From positions 96,001-160,000 of the forward strand of contig CAVPOM010000009.1 of assembly GCA_963707025.1 (NCBI GenBank): a stretch of DNA of 64,000 bases. Reading direction: 5' to 3'. The notes under the pieces are model-generated. The model saw only the letters and a list, made by a program, of their open reading frames with translations, was not told the origin of the DNA and ran no database searches. A program made the translations under genes and the position numbers. Positions 20,581 to 30,138 of this stretch are shown here, piece after piece (the first letter of the stretch is position 1; the number at the start of each line of letters is the position of its first letter). Source of the stretch: an uncultured Verrucomicrobiae bacterium. GTDB lineage: Bacteria; Verrucomicrobiota; Verrucomicrobiia; Limisphaerales; Palsa-1400.

Positions 20581-22281
20581 TCATCCGCCGCCGGTTTTGG
20601 AGATGTAATTGGGCGGGTGGTCGTCAATGATATTGGGGTAAATTCCCTTGATCCGGGCGGGGTTGAAATAGAGGAAGCCGGCGTAGAAATAGAGGGGGAC
20701 GATGGGCAGTTCGTCCCGCACCAGAATGGTTTCGGCCTGTTGCAACAGGGCGGTGCGGGTGGCGGCGTCGGTTTGCCGGTTGGCCTGGCTGATCAGGTTG
20801 TCGTAACGGTCGTTTTTCCAGCCGGTTCTGTTGTTGCCGTTGTTGCTGCGGAATAAATCCAGGAACGTGTTGGGGTCATTGTAATCACCGATCCAAGTGG
20901 AGCGGGCCAGGTCGTAATCCAGCCGGTTTTGGGCGGCGAGATAGACTTTTTTCTCCATTTGCACCAGCTCCACGTGGACGCCCAGTTGCGCTTCCCACAT
21001 GTGCTGCAGTTCCACGGCGAGCTGCTCGTGAATCCTTCCGCCGCCCCCCGAGGCGTCAATCAGATAGTGGAACCGGGGAAATCCCTGGCCGCCCGGAAAA
21101 CCGGCCTCGGCCAGGAGCCGCCGGGCCAGCGGGGGGTCGTAGCCCAGGCCGGCGACGGGCTGGTAATTGGCGGCGCCGTCGGGCACGAGGTGGCTGGCCA
21201 CCGTTTCGCCGTTGTGCAGGAATCTGGCGACGAGGCGTTGCTTGTCAATGGCCAGGGCGAGCGCGCGGCGGACGCGGGCATCGTGGAAGGGTTTCTGGGT
21301 GGTGTTGAAGCGGAAGAAATAGGTGCCCAGAGTAGGGAAGGTGTGGTAATCGGCCCGTTTTTTGAGTTCGGGCAGCAATTCGTTGGGAATGGTGGCCACG
21401 TCCCAGATCACGTCGGCCTGGCCGGCCTGGTAAAGATTAAGCGCGGTGTTGGGGGCGCTGACCGACAGGTAATCAATCACTTCGGACTTGGTGTTGGCGG
21501 CGTCCCAGTAAAAGGGATTTTTGCGCAGGCGAATTTTGTAGTTCAGGCGCCAGGAATCCAGCAAATACGGGCCGCTGGTGGGCAGGGGGCTGGCCCGCAT
21601 CCATTGCCCGCCATACCGGGCAATGACCTGGCGCGGCACGACCGCCAGAGTTTGGAAGGCGCACAGGTCCAGGAAAAATGGAGTCGGGTTGTTCAACTCG
21701 ACCCGGACGGTGCGGGCATCCAGCGCGTGAACGCCCACTTGGGCAGGATCTTTGAGGCTGCCATTGTTATAGGACTCGGCATTTTTCAGGTAGTAAAGCT
21801 GGCCGGCGTATTCGGAGGCGGTGCTGGGATCGAGCACGCGCCGCCACGAATAAACCACGTCCTCCGCCGTGATCGGCTGGCCGGGGGACCAGAACAGTTT
21901 GTCCCGCAGATGGAAGGTATAGACGCGGCCATCGGCGGAGATTTCCCATTTTTCCGCCAGGCCGGCAATGGCGCGTCCGCTGGCAGGGTCGTAGCGGGCC
22001 AGGCCTTCAAACAGGCCGGGGAGGACGCGCAGGTCCTCTACCCCGGTGGCCAGGGCCGGATCCAACGTTTCCGGGTCCGGCCCGTTGATGAACACCAAGT
22101 CCGCTTTCGGTTCGGAAACGGAGCACGCGGCCAAGAGGCAAAGAGTGAGCGCCGTCAAGCGGCGAAGAGAGCAGCCAGGATTACGATTGAGATTAAGATC
22201 AGGATGAAGAAATGGGACTGGGAATAGGAAGCGGGCTGCGACAGCCGGGAGAGGTCCAAGCGCGCGGAGCCGGAAGTGCAT
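20581..22281 (-). CDS. Oligopeptide ABC transporter substrate-binding protein (OppA family)
   Basis: PETLDPA, LFEGL, ITAEDVVYSW, GPY.L, DARVRRAL.LAID and W.GDYNDP motifs; lipobox LAAC; true start uncertain. Confidence 0.9.
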   Translation of the reverse strand: MHFRLRALGPLPAVAARFLFPVPFLHPDLNLNRNPGCSLRRLTALTLCLLAACSVSEPKADLVFINGPDPETLDPALATGVEDLRVLPGLFEGLARYDPASGRAIAGLAEKWEISADGRVYTFHLRDKLFWSPGQPITAEDVVYSWRRVLDPSTASEYAGQLYYLKNAESYNNGSLKDPAQVGVHALDARTVRVELNNPTPFFLDLCAFQTLAVVPRQVIARYGGQWMRASPLPTSGPYLLDSWRLNYKIRLRKNPFYWDAANTKSEVIDYLSVSAPNTALNLYQAGQADVIWDVATIPNELLPELKKRADYHTFPTLGTYFFRFNTTQKPFHDARVRRALALAIDKQRLVARFLHNGETVASHLVPDGAANYQPVAGLGYDPPLARRLLAEAGFPGGQGFPRFHYLIDASGGGGRIHEQLAVELQHMWEAQLGVHVELVQMEKKVYLAAQNRLDYDLARSTWIGDYNDPNTFLDLFRSNNGNNRTGWKNDRYDNLISQANRQTDAATRTALLQQAETILVRDELPIVPLYFYAGFLYFNPARIKGIYPNIIDDHPPNYISKTGGG

Positions 22282-22287
22282 GAGAGA

Positions 22288-22758
22288 TTACTTGTTTGTC
22301 GCCGGGTGGGGGGCCGGCACCGGCGCGACCGGCGCCAGGGTTGAATTGGAAGGCGCCGCCGGGAGGACTGAATTGGACGGGGCCGGGCTGGTCAACGGGG
22401 GCATCTGAAGAGAATTGAAGTTGGTGGGGGTGGCGGGCGGGGGGAGCGTGGCCGGCTGGCGCGCGCCGGCGCCGGGCTTGGTCAGCGCAGCCTCAAAGGC
22501 GCTGCCGCCGCTGGCTCCGCGATGGGTGGTGAGGAAGGCCATGAGAAAGGCCACGCCGAAAAATATGCCGGCCGAATACTTGGTGATGGTGGTGAGGGCG
22601 TTGCCCGAACCGGCGCCGAAAAGGGCGTCAGTGGCCGATCCACCAAAGGCCATGCCGGCGCCCGCCTCCTTCTTGGGCAATTGCAGCAACACCAAAAAGA
22701 TCAGCACGATGCAGTCCAAAAACAGGATCACTCCCAAAAAAGCGAATAATATATCCAT
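22288..22758 (-). CDS. secG: Preprotein translocase subunit SecG
   Basis: VLLQ..K.AG.GMAFGG....LFG...NALT.IT; located downstream of tpiA. Confidence 0.93.
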   Translation of the reverse strand: MDILFAFLGVILFLDCIVLIFLVLLQLPKKEAGAGMAFGGSATDALFGAGSGNALTTITKYSAGIFFGVAFLMAFLTTHRGASGGSAFEAALTKPGAGARQPATLPPPATPTNFNSLQMPPLTSPAPSNSVLPAAPSNSTLAPVAPVPAPHPATNK

Positions 22759-22844
22759 AATCTGTTTATTTTATATCACAGGAGGTTCGAAATTGCACCA
22801 TATTCCTTCGGCGGGCACCCGACAGGCCCGCCCCGCCTTGCCGG

Positions 22845-23609
22845 TTAAATGGAATTTTTGATAATATCGGAAAAACTGCGGTCGTCCAGCGAGGCACCGC
22901 CCACCAAGGCTCCGTCCACGTCCGGTTGGGACATTAATTCGCGGGCGTTGGAGGGCTTGACGCTGCCGCCGTATTGGATGCGGACGCGCCGGGCCACATT
23001 GTCGTCGTAGATGGAGGCGAGGAGATGGCGGATAAAAGCGTGGGCTTGCTGGGCCTGGGTGGTGGTGGCGTTTTTGCCGGTGCCAATGGCCCAGATCGGT
23101 TCGTAGGCGATGATGGTTTCCTCAATTTGCGCCGCCGTCAAACCGGCCAGGCTGCCGCGCACCTGCGAGTCGAGCACGCGCTCGGTCAGGCCGGCTTCGC
23201 GTTCCTGCAAGGATTCGCCCACGCAGACAATGGGTTTGAGGGAGGCGGCGTGGGCCGCGCGCGTTTTTTGGTCCACCAGCTCGGTGGATTCCTTGTAGAG
23301 CTGGCGCCGCTCGGAGTGGCCCAAAATGACATAGCGGACGGAGAATTCCTTGAGCATGCCGGCGGCGATTTCGCCGGTGTAAGCCCCGAAATTGTGCTCG
23401 CTCATGTTTTGCGCGCCCAGGCGCAAGTTGGAATCCATGATGGCCTTTGACACCTCGGCCAGCGCGGTGAAAGGCGGGCAGATGACGATGTCCACCTCTT
23501 TGACCGCGCCGAGCTCGATTTTGAGGCCGCGCACCAGATCGAGCGCTTCGGCCACCGTCTTGTTCATCTTCCAATTGCCGGCGATGATTAATTTGCGTTC
23601 TTTGTTCAT
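22845..23609 (-). CDS. tpiA: Triosephosphate isomerase
   Basis: AGNWKMNK, GHSERR, AYEPIWAIGTG and YGGSVK motifs. Confidence 0.98.
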   Translation of the reverse strand: MNKERKLIIAGNWKMNKTVAEALDLVRGLKIELGAVKEVDIVICPPFTALAEVSKAIMDSNLRLGAQNMSEHNFGAYTGEIAAGMLKEFSVRYVILGHSERRQLYKESTELVDQKTRAAHAASLKPIVCVGESLQEREAGLTERVLDSQVRGSLAGLTAAQIEETIIAYEPIWAIGTGKNATTTQAQQAHAFIRHLLASIYDDNVARRVRIQYGGSVKPSNARELMSQPDVDGALVGGASLDDRSFSDIIKNSI

Positions 23610-23656
23610 GTTGATGGCGCCAGCGGCCAGCGGCGGGCGCTGGCGCCGGCATCTTC

Positions 23657-24913
23657 TTATTGGCCGCTCAGGGCCGCGACCCCGGGAAGAACCTGGCCTT
23701 CCAAAAATTCCAGGCTGGCCCCGCCGCCGGTGCTCATAAAAGTCACTTTGTCCCCCAAGCCGGCTTGATTGAGGGCTTTGACGCTGTCGCCGCCGCCGAT
23801 GATGCTTTTGGCGCCGTGCTGTGCCGTGGCCTCGGCCACCGCCTGGGCGACGGCCAGCGTGCCCGCCGCGAAGCGCTTGTCCTCGAACATCCCCATCGGC
23901 CCGTTCCAGAGAATGGTCCTGGCCTGGCGAATGATTTCCCCATAGCGCTGCGCGGTGGCCGGGCCGATGTCCAACCCCTGCTGGTGGTCGGGAAAGTCTC
24001 CCGCCGCTTGCAAGCGGACATTCTGGAATTCCAGCACCGGTTTGCCTTTTTTGTTCAACTTGCCGGTGGCCACGGCGCTGGCGAGAATGTGGTCGCTGGG
24101 GAGCAGGAATTGAATGTGGCGGGCCTTGGCCTTGGCCAGCGCGGCCAGGGCCAGGTCCTTTTTATCCGGCTCGGACAAGGACTGGCCGACTTTTTGACCG
24201 AGGGCCAATTGGAAAGTGTAAGCCATGGCCCCGCCGATCAAGATGGTGTCGGCCTTCTCCAACAAACGGTCAATCACCTTGATTTTGTCGGAAACTTTGG
24301 CCCCGCCCAGAATGACGACAAAAGGGCGGGCGGGATTTTCCAATTCCTTGCCCAGGTATTGCAACTCGCGTTCCATGAGCAGGCCGGCGGCGCAGGGGCC
24401 GCCCTGGCGGGCGATGACGCGGGCGACCCCTTCGGTGGAGGCATGGGCGCGATGGGCCGAGCCGAAGGCGTCGTTGACATAAACGTCGGCCACCGCCGCG
24501 AGTTTTTCGGCGAAGGCGGGATCATTGGCCTCTTCTTCGTTGTAGTAGCGGACGTTTTCCAAAAGGAGCAGATCGCCGGGCCGGAGGGCGGCCACGGCGG
24601 CGGCCACTTCGGGTCCGATGCAATCGTCCACAAAGGCCACGGGGCGTCCCAGCATTTGGGCCAGGAGCGTGGCCACAGGCTGGAGGGACATGGAGGGTTC
24701 GCGTTTGCCTTTGGGACGGCCCAGATGGGCGGCGAGGATGATTTTGGCGCCGCGGCTGACGAGGAGGCGAAGGGTGGGCAGAGTTTCCTTGATGCGGGTG
24801 CTGTCGTTGATCAACATTTTGCCGTCCCGCTCTTCCATCGGGACATTGTAATCCACGCGGACAAACACCCGCTTGCCGGCCACATCCAGTTCATTGACAG
24901 TCAATTTTGCCAT
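23657..24913 (-). CDS. pgk: Phosphoglycerate kinase
   Basis: [27 protein letters not shown] and [13 protein letters not shown] motifs. Confidence 0.98.
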   Translation of the reverse strand: MAKLTVNELDVAGKRVFVRVDYNVPMEERDGKMLINDSTRIKETLPTLRLLVSRGAKIILAAHLGRPKGKREPSMSLQPVATLLAQMLGRPVAFVDDCIGPEVAAAVAALRPGDLLLLENVRYYNEEEANDPAFAEKLAAVADVYVNDAFGSAHRAHASTEGVARVIARQGGPCAAGLLMERELQYLGKELENPARPFVVILGGAKVSDKIKVIDRLLEKADTILIGGAMAYTFQLALGQKVGQSLSEPDKKDLALAALAKAKARHIQFLLPSDHILASAVATGKLNKKGKPVLEFQNVRLQAAGDFPDHQQGLDIGPATAQRYGEIIRQARTILWNGPMGMFEDKRFAAGTLAVAQAVAEATAQHGAKSIIGGGDSVKALNQAGLGDKVTFMSTGGGASLEFLEGQVLPGVAALSGQ

Positions 24914-25154
24914 AGCGACGGAGAGGATAACGCCACAAGGCCGTGAGTCAAACGGAATGAGCGGAGCGGCGCTTGTTCAAACCTGCCAATCTGGCGCCGC
25001 TTCAAGCTCGCTGCGCAGCCGGTTGGCTGAGGAGGTGAGGTGCGAGTTTCAGCCGCCCAAGGAAAAGCTGACCGAGCAAGGCCGGCAGTCCACCATGAAC
25101 TTTCAATGAGTTTTCAATTTCTGGCGGAGTTGATCCGATCCCCATCCCCATAAA

Positions 25155-25307
25155 TCACAACAATGGTCTGCGACCGGAAATGAGATTGACGAGGATCATG
25201 ATAACTGCAATGACCAGCAGGACATGAATGAACCCGCCGATGACGTAACCGCTGACCAGGCCGAGCAGCCACAGAATGATCAAGACCAAGGCAATTGTGT
25301 ATAACAT
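25155..25307 (-). CDS. lmo0937-family small membrane protein
   Basis: 50 aa, below the ORF-track cutoff: MLYTIALVLIILWLLGLVSGYVIGGFIHVLLVIAVIMILVNLISGRRPLL. Confidence 0.85.
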   Translation of the reverse strand: MLYTIALVLIILWLLGLVSGYVIGGFIHVLLVIAVIMILVNLISGRRPLL

Positions 25308-25355
25308 ATTTTTCCGCTTTCGATTATTTTTGTTTTTGTTTCCAACCTGCCCGTC

Positions 25356-25400
25356 ACACTAAGTGATGTGCCGGTTCACCGCCATGGGGTGCAACCCTGC
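25356..25400 (-). promoter_or_regulatory. Promoter, CCCCAT-N22-TAGTGT architecture (copy 1)
   Basis: Minus strand GCAGGGTTGCACCCCAT-22 nt-TAGTGT upstream of the lmo0937-like gene. Confidence 0.6.
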
Positions 25401-25470
25401 CGCGGATATGTGTGGCTTTCACAGTCAGGCTTCCCTCTTTTTGACGTTAATGCGCCGGGGCAGGTTCTCC

Positions 25471-25926
25471 TTAAGGCGCGATTTTATCGCTCGCCCACTG
25501 GCGCGCCTGCTGGAAGTCGTCCTTCAAGGCGGCGTAATCCTTCTTGGCACCGGCTTTGACTTTGTCCCAGATGGACTCCGTCGCGCTCCTGGCCTCATCC
25601 AATTGTTGGTTCATTTGGGCCGCTTCGTCGCGCAACGCCTGGAGTTTGGGCTTGGCCTCCGCCTTGGCCGCATCGCTGGACTTTTCGATTTTGGCGGAGA
25701 GCGCGTCCAGGTCCTTGTTGAGGGCGTCCACCTGGGCCTGCATGTCCGCCACGAACTCCGCCTTTTGCGCGAAGGCATAGTCCTTCATCGCCTGCGCGTC
25801 CGCCTTCGTTTCGGATTTAACCTTGTCAAGCTGCTGGGCGGTGGTGGAATTGTCCTCCGATTGCTTGCACCCCACCGTGAAGGCGGTGACCGCAAAAAAA
25901 GTGATGGCTAACAACGTGTTTTTCAT
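25471..25926 (-). CDS. Hypothetical coiled-coil lipoprotein
   Basis: Lipobox TVGC; amphipathic helical body. Confidence 0.8.
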   Translation of the reverse strand: MKNTLLAITFFAVTAFTVGCKQSEDNSTTAQQLDKVKSETKADAQAMKDYAFAQKAEFVADMQAQVDALNKDLDALSAKIEKSSDAAKAEAKPKLQALRDEAAQMNQQLDEARSATESIWDKVKAGAKKDYAALKDDFQQARQWASDKIAP

Positions 25927-25970
25927 AATAGTATCTATTGTTTGAGCTAATGATTCTTGTCAACTTGGGC

Positions 25971-26015
25971 ACACTACACGCCAGCCTGACCGGTTGCTAT
26001 GGGGTGTAACCCTAC
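25971..26015 (-). promoter_or_regulatory. Promoter, CCCCAT-N22-TAGTGT architecture (copy 2)
   Basis: Minus strand GTAGGGTTACACCCCAT-22 nt-TAGTGT upstream of the lipoprotein gene. Confidence 0.6.
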
Positions 26016-26031
26016 CGGCGTTGGGGAGGAG

Positions 26032-26400
26032 CTACTCATAAATGGGTTCGTTTCGTGGCATGTTAGAATCAATGAAACTTCCATAAGAGACTGAGTTTGA
26101 ACTACTTGGGACTAATGCCATTTGGGTTCGTTTGGCAAAAAAGCTGTTTTCCGATGATGGTCTTTGCGACACCTCCCTCGTCAGTGGCGGCGGGACGGCC
26201 TCGCCCAGCCGCATCGGCTGGAAACGCGCCAACCGATTCATGGCGCGGCACAACTTCCGCGGCAGCATCCCCTCGCATCGCATGATTTTGTCCAGCACTT
26301 CCGGCGATGGCAGCACTGCCGCCATATCCCGCCTCAAGGGCGGACAGCGCGGCTTGCATCCTCAGTTTTGAAGGCGACAGGCCGTTCCTTCCGCGCATAA
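26032..26400 (-). pseudogene. Degenerate C-terminal remnant of a hypothetical protein with two GGGTTCGTTT motifs
   Basis: LPSPEVLDKIMR.E..L.RKL.RAMNRL.R.Q.MR.GEAVPPPL; motif copies near 26044 and 26124. Confidence 0.4.
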
Positions 26401-26590
26401 TCCGGATATTTCCTGCAATCATGCCTGCAGAATATACCTCTGAGAATAATATGTCAATAGATTAATATGCCAACAGACGTGTTTTCTTCGCGAGGGCGGG
26501 AGGCCTTGGATAAAGCAGCCTTGACCCAAGCAAAAGACCCCATATACGCCGCGGAGAACCTGGAATAGATTTCCATAGTTGGCCAATGCG

Positions 26591-26705
26591 CTTGTGGCAG
26601 GTGATGACCGGCTGAACCATGGTGCGCGAGGGATTTCGCATGATGCTCGAACTGGATCCCGATCTGGAAGTCGTTGGCGAAGCGCAAGACGGCCGCCAGG
26701 CGGCA
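26591..26705 (+). pseudogene. NarL/LuxR-type response regulator receiver fragment
   Basis: DD..MVREGFRMMLELDPDLEVVGEAQDGRQA; short, with no continuation. Confidence 0.55.
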
Positions 26706-27016
26706 GCGCGGCCCCCGCGAAGCCACGACCGCCGATGAGCCGCCGGAGGCCGCTTCCAAGGACACGCCGGCTGCGGAGGGGGCCTGACTTCGCCAAGCGG
26801 CCATCAGCCGGCACCGCTGCCCGGGTTGAAAAGAAAGTTGCCGATAGTTGTTGCAATCCCGCAGGAACGTGTCATGTTGTGTGTGTCCGTTAGATAGCTT
26901 GTCTCTTTCAAGGCATGGGGAATCTTCAAGTGAACCTCGTTCAGTGATGATTTTAGATCCGGCGATCGGAAACAGTCTGTGGAAAGCAACGGTTTGTCGG
27001 ACAACAAAATAGCATT

Positions 27017-27334
27017 ATGAACAATAAATTATTTGTCGGGAACCTTTCCTTCGACACCACTGAAAATGACCTGCGCGACACCTTCGCCGCGCATGGCACG
27101 GTCACGGATGCCTGCCTGATTATGGATCGCATGACCAATCGTCCCCGCGGCTTTGGTTTCGTGACCATGAGCACCGACGAGGAAGCGAAGAAGGCCACGG
27201 ATGCCCTGAATGGCAAGGATATGGGCGGACGCGCCCTCACCGTCAATGTGGCCAAGCCGCGCGAAGAGCGAGCGCCCTCCGGCGGCGGTGGCCGTCGCGA
27301 ATACAGCGGGGCCGGCGGTGGCGGCCGCTATTAA
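27017..27334 (+). CDS. RRM-domain RNA-binding protein
   Basis: RNP2 LFVGNL, RNP1 RGFGFVTM, Gly-rich tail. Confidence 0.95.
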   Translation: MNNKLFVGNLSFDTTENDLRDTFAAHGTVTDACLIMDRMTNRPRGFGFVTMSTDEEAKKATDALNGKDMGGRALTVNVAKPREERAPSGGGGRREYSGAGGGGRY

Positions 27335-27351
27335 ACGACTTGGTATTTCCA

Positions 27352-27386
27352 GCGGGGTTCGGTGAAAACCGGACTCCGCCTTTTTT
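27352..27386 (+). terminator. Rho-independent terminator
   Basis: GCGGGGTTCGGT-GAAA-ACCGGACTCCGC followed by a T6 tract. Confidence 0.8.
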
Positions 27387-27508
27387 GCGTCTTTTGGTCC
27401 GTCCCAAGTGCCGGTCTGCCGGAAATTAACGAACCAGACCTTGCAGTCGAAGGCAAGGTCGCATGCCCGGCTTGGAAAGGAGAACGATGACCGGACTGGC
27501 GGGCCCCA

Positions 27509-27724
27509 TCAAGCACCGTGGCCGCACCCGCAATCCAAATTGAAGAATTGTTCAAACCGGTCAAATTGGCCAACAATATTAAACTTGCCGATGGGTTCTT
27601 TTTTGGCTGCGGCTTGGGCGGCTCGCGTGGTGGCAAAACTCGCGCCCTGGCCCGACTTTTTTGTCCAACGACCGTCGCTGGCCAGGAATTCCCGGGTTTC
27701 CGCGTTTTCGATGAGGATGTTCAT
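27509..27724 (-). CDS. Small hypothetical protein (probably leaderless)
   Basis: 71 aa MNILIENAETREFLASDGRW...; TAATTT -10 box ends 6 nt upstream of the ATG. Confidence 0.6.
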   Translation of the reverse strand: MNILIENAETREFLASDGRWTKKSGQGASFATTRAAQAAAKKEPIGKFNIVGQFDRFEQFFNLDCGCGHGA

Positions 27725-27730
27725 ACCGAC

Positions 27731-27770
27731 AAATTACGCCAGGGTCGGGTGAAACGCTATGGGGTAACAG
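27731..27770 (-). promoter_or_regulatory. Promoter, CCCCAT-N22-TAATTT architecture (copy 3)
   Basis: Minus strand GTTACCCCAT-22 nt-TAATTT, same spacing as copies 1 and 2. Confidence 0.55.
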
Positions 27771-27828
27771 ACTCGCACAGACTGGAGAGCAGGCCGCTGC
27801 ACTCCTGCAATGCCAAACCGGTCCGCCC

Positions 27829-28010
27829 CACCGCATTCTCGTGGTGGAAGACGATGCTGCCATCCGCCACCTCAATGCCGAAATGTTGCTGCAATCCGGT
27901 TACCATGTGGACGCCGCCGAAGATAGGGCTGCCGCCTGGGAGACGCTGCAACGCAACCGCTATGATCTGGTGGTGACGGACAACGAAATGCCGAAGGTAT
28001 CTCCTTATGA
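27829..28010 (+). pseudogene. Response regulator receiver fragment
   Basis: HRILVVEDDAAIR...GYHVDAAED...YDLVVTDNEMPKVS, then similarity is lost. Confidence 0.65.
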
Positions 28011-28380
28011 AGGCCCAGCCACAAAAAAAGCCGTTGACCTTCGGTGCTTTCGTCGCAGGCAGTTACGGCGCGTGGGGCAAACGCCGGGCCAACGGAATCA
28101 TCCGGCTCGCCATAAAAGCGCACGTGATCGAGTTTCGCGGCCAACAACGTTACGAGATTGCTTGAAGGCCGAAAACCTTTGATGGGGTGAACACCCCAAA
28201 GCGCCCGCAAGGTTTTCCAGCCTGTTATCCTTGCATGAAAGATGACGAATTCCGCCCAACAACTCAGCCGGCCGGATGATTTCGGACGCAGGCTGTTTTT
28301 CCTTTCACAGAACGTTTGACAAGGCGCCTTGTTTTCGGCCAATTTAGATAAGATTGTGTGGATTCACTCCGCACCAAAGT

Positions 28381-28659
28381 ATGAAGATGAAATTCCCGAG
28401 GACCCTGGCCGCCTTGCCCGGCTTAGAGGTGCTTGCCGGAGCCGCCAAGGGGCAAACCAACCTGGACAGTGTTATGCCGATTGGCGGGTTTTGTATTTCT
28501 GCACCGCGGCCCAAGGACCTGGACGGGTTTATTGCCTTTATCGGCGGCGCACTCGTGCCGCGGCATGTCAATACTCTGGTTTTGATGGTGAACTATAATT
28601 ATCGGCACAGAATGACGATGGATGAAATCATGAAGGCAGGCGCGGTAAAAGGGAGATGA
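28381..28659 (+). pseudogene. N-terminal remnant of a putative GH20-like glycoside hydrolase
   Basis: PIGGFCISAPRP...FI...LVPRHVNTLVLMVNYNY resembles such N-termini; ends just before the IS4. Confidence 0.45.
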
Positions 28660-28675
28660 TCTTCAACGTCGAATT

Positions 28676-30127
28676 CACACCCGTCTCATAAGGGGAAAAG
28701 TCTGGTGCTGACCTGTTCATTTGCAAGGGTTTAATTGGTCTTCGGGGTAAAATGAGATTTTGATTTTTCCGAGTTTGGCTTTTGGGTTTGGTATGCGCCT
28801 GTTTGGGCGCGTGTGCTGTCCCATAGCTTTATTGGAAGCCGGGGAAATACGCCTGCCTCGGGCCGCGCCAAGTGGCGAAAGCTGCCGCCTGCTGTCCCAT
28901 AGCACGCCAGCAAATTGAGCAGATCATATTTCTCCCAGAGCGCCGCCCGCAAAATCGTGAACAGCCGGGTGAAGCTGTGCGCCCAGTTGGAGAGGTGACT
29001 GAGGTAGCGCAACAGCACGTAGGTCAACAGCGCCGTCCACACCTGCCAGCGCACGGCGTTGGCGTTGTGGCCCAGAAAATCCGCCAACTGCAAGGTCTGC
29101 TTGATTTGTTTGAAGAAGACTTCGATCTGCCAGCGGCAGCGGTAAAGGTCGGCCACGCTGCGCGGACTCCACTCCAGGTTGTTGGTCAGGAAGGTCATTT
29201 CCCGTTCCTCTCCATCAATCTCGACCAGCGCCACCACCCGGCGCATCAACTCCGGCGCGGGTTTGTTCTCGTTGCTCAGGACGATCACTTCGTCGCGCAA
29301 AATCTTCGGGTCTCTGGAGGCGGGCATTTTCCGCACCACCTCATAGCCCATGTTCTCCTTGGCCCGCGTCACCCAAAAGACCCCGCGCCCGTCCAAATCC
29401 CGCAAGTGGCCGAAGTCCACATAACCCTTGTCGAACAAGGCGATTTCGCCGCTCTTCAAGTCGGCGCACAGTTCCCGCGCCCGTCGGTTGTCGTGCTCGG
29501 CGGCAGTGTCCACAATGACAAAACCGGGCAAAAGATTCTGCAGATTCAACCGCATATGGGTTTTGGCGGCGGCCTTGCGCCGGCGGTGCTTGGCCCAGTC
29601 CAGGCAGTTGGCCACCAGTTCCATGGTCGTGCTATCAATCACATGGATGGGCATCTTGAAACGGAAGGCGGGGCCACGGCGCTGGCCCGCGGCAAAGCCG
29701 GGCGTCTGTGCTTTCAAATGCTCCAGGACCCGCCAGAAGAGTTGTTCGGCCATCTGGGCCGGACGCTCCCGGTTGGCGTGGGAGAGGCCGTTGCGGCTGG
29801 GGGCGCTGGCGCCGCGCAAAGTGGACAGCGGCCCGGAATGCAATTGCAGCGAGTCGCACAGATCGTTGAGTCCGATGCAATGGGTGAGTTGCGCGTCCAG
29901 CAAACTGACCGTGTGACTCCACGGACTGAAGGTGCGCGACTTATCCAGAGCCCCGGTCTCCCGCGCTATTTTGGAGACTTCATGCGCAGGAATGAGATTG
30001 CAAATCTGGCGCAAAACGTTAAACCGGGACCGTGTTGGTTTGATTTTTTTGTTTTTCATGCCTGCCTTGTGGCAGGTTCAAATGGTCAAGCCAACACTTT
30101 TTTCCAATTTCCTGTGGGATGGCTGTG
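28676..30127 (-). mobile_element. IS4-family insertion sequence, 1452 bp, 9-bp TSD CGTCGAATT
   Basis: Imperfect IRs CACACCCGTCTCATAAG / CACAGCCATCCCACAGG; TSD at 28667-28675 and 30128-30136. Confidence 0.93.
28731..30059 (-). CDS. IS4-family DDE transposase (DUF4372 + DDE_Tnp_1)
   Basis: IDST, FDKGYVD, FLTN and LYRCRWQIEVFFKQIKQ motifs; possible extra G near 28858 extends the C-terminus. Confidence 0.93.
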   Translation of the reverse strand: MKNKKIKPTRSRFNVLRQICNLIPAHEVSKIARETGALDKSRTFSPWSHTVSLLDAQLTHCIGLNDLCDSLQLHSGPLSTLRGASAPSRNGLSHANRERPAQMAEQLFWRVLEHLKAQTPGFAAGQRRGPAFRFKMPIHVIDSTTMELVANCLDWAKHRRRKAAAKTHMRLNLQNLLPGFVIVDTAAEHDNRRARELCADLKSGEIALFDKGYVDFGHLRDLDGRGVFWVTRAKENMGYEVVRKMPASRDPKILRDEVIVLSNENKPAPELMRRVVALVEIDGEEREMTFLTNNLEWSPRSVADLYRCRWQIEVFFKQIKQTLQLADFLGHNANAVRWQVWTALLTYVLLRYLSHLSNWAHSFTRLFTILRAALWEKYDLLNLLACYGTAGGSFRHLARPEAGVFPRLPIKLWDSTRAQTGAYQTQKPNSEKSKSHFTPKTN

Positions 30128-30138
30128 CGTCGAATTTT

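Noticed and set aside
20929..24946. Long plus-strand ORFs (432 aa and 428 aa) opposite oppA and pgk, and similar ORFs across the window
   Set aside because: Antisense shadow ORFs typical of high-GC genes, with no recognisable motifs
29932..30138. N-terminal extension of the 1044-aa ORF
   Set aside because: It lies inside the IS4, antisense to the transposase; the signal peptide begins at 30139
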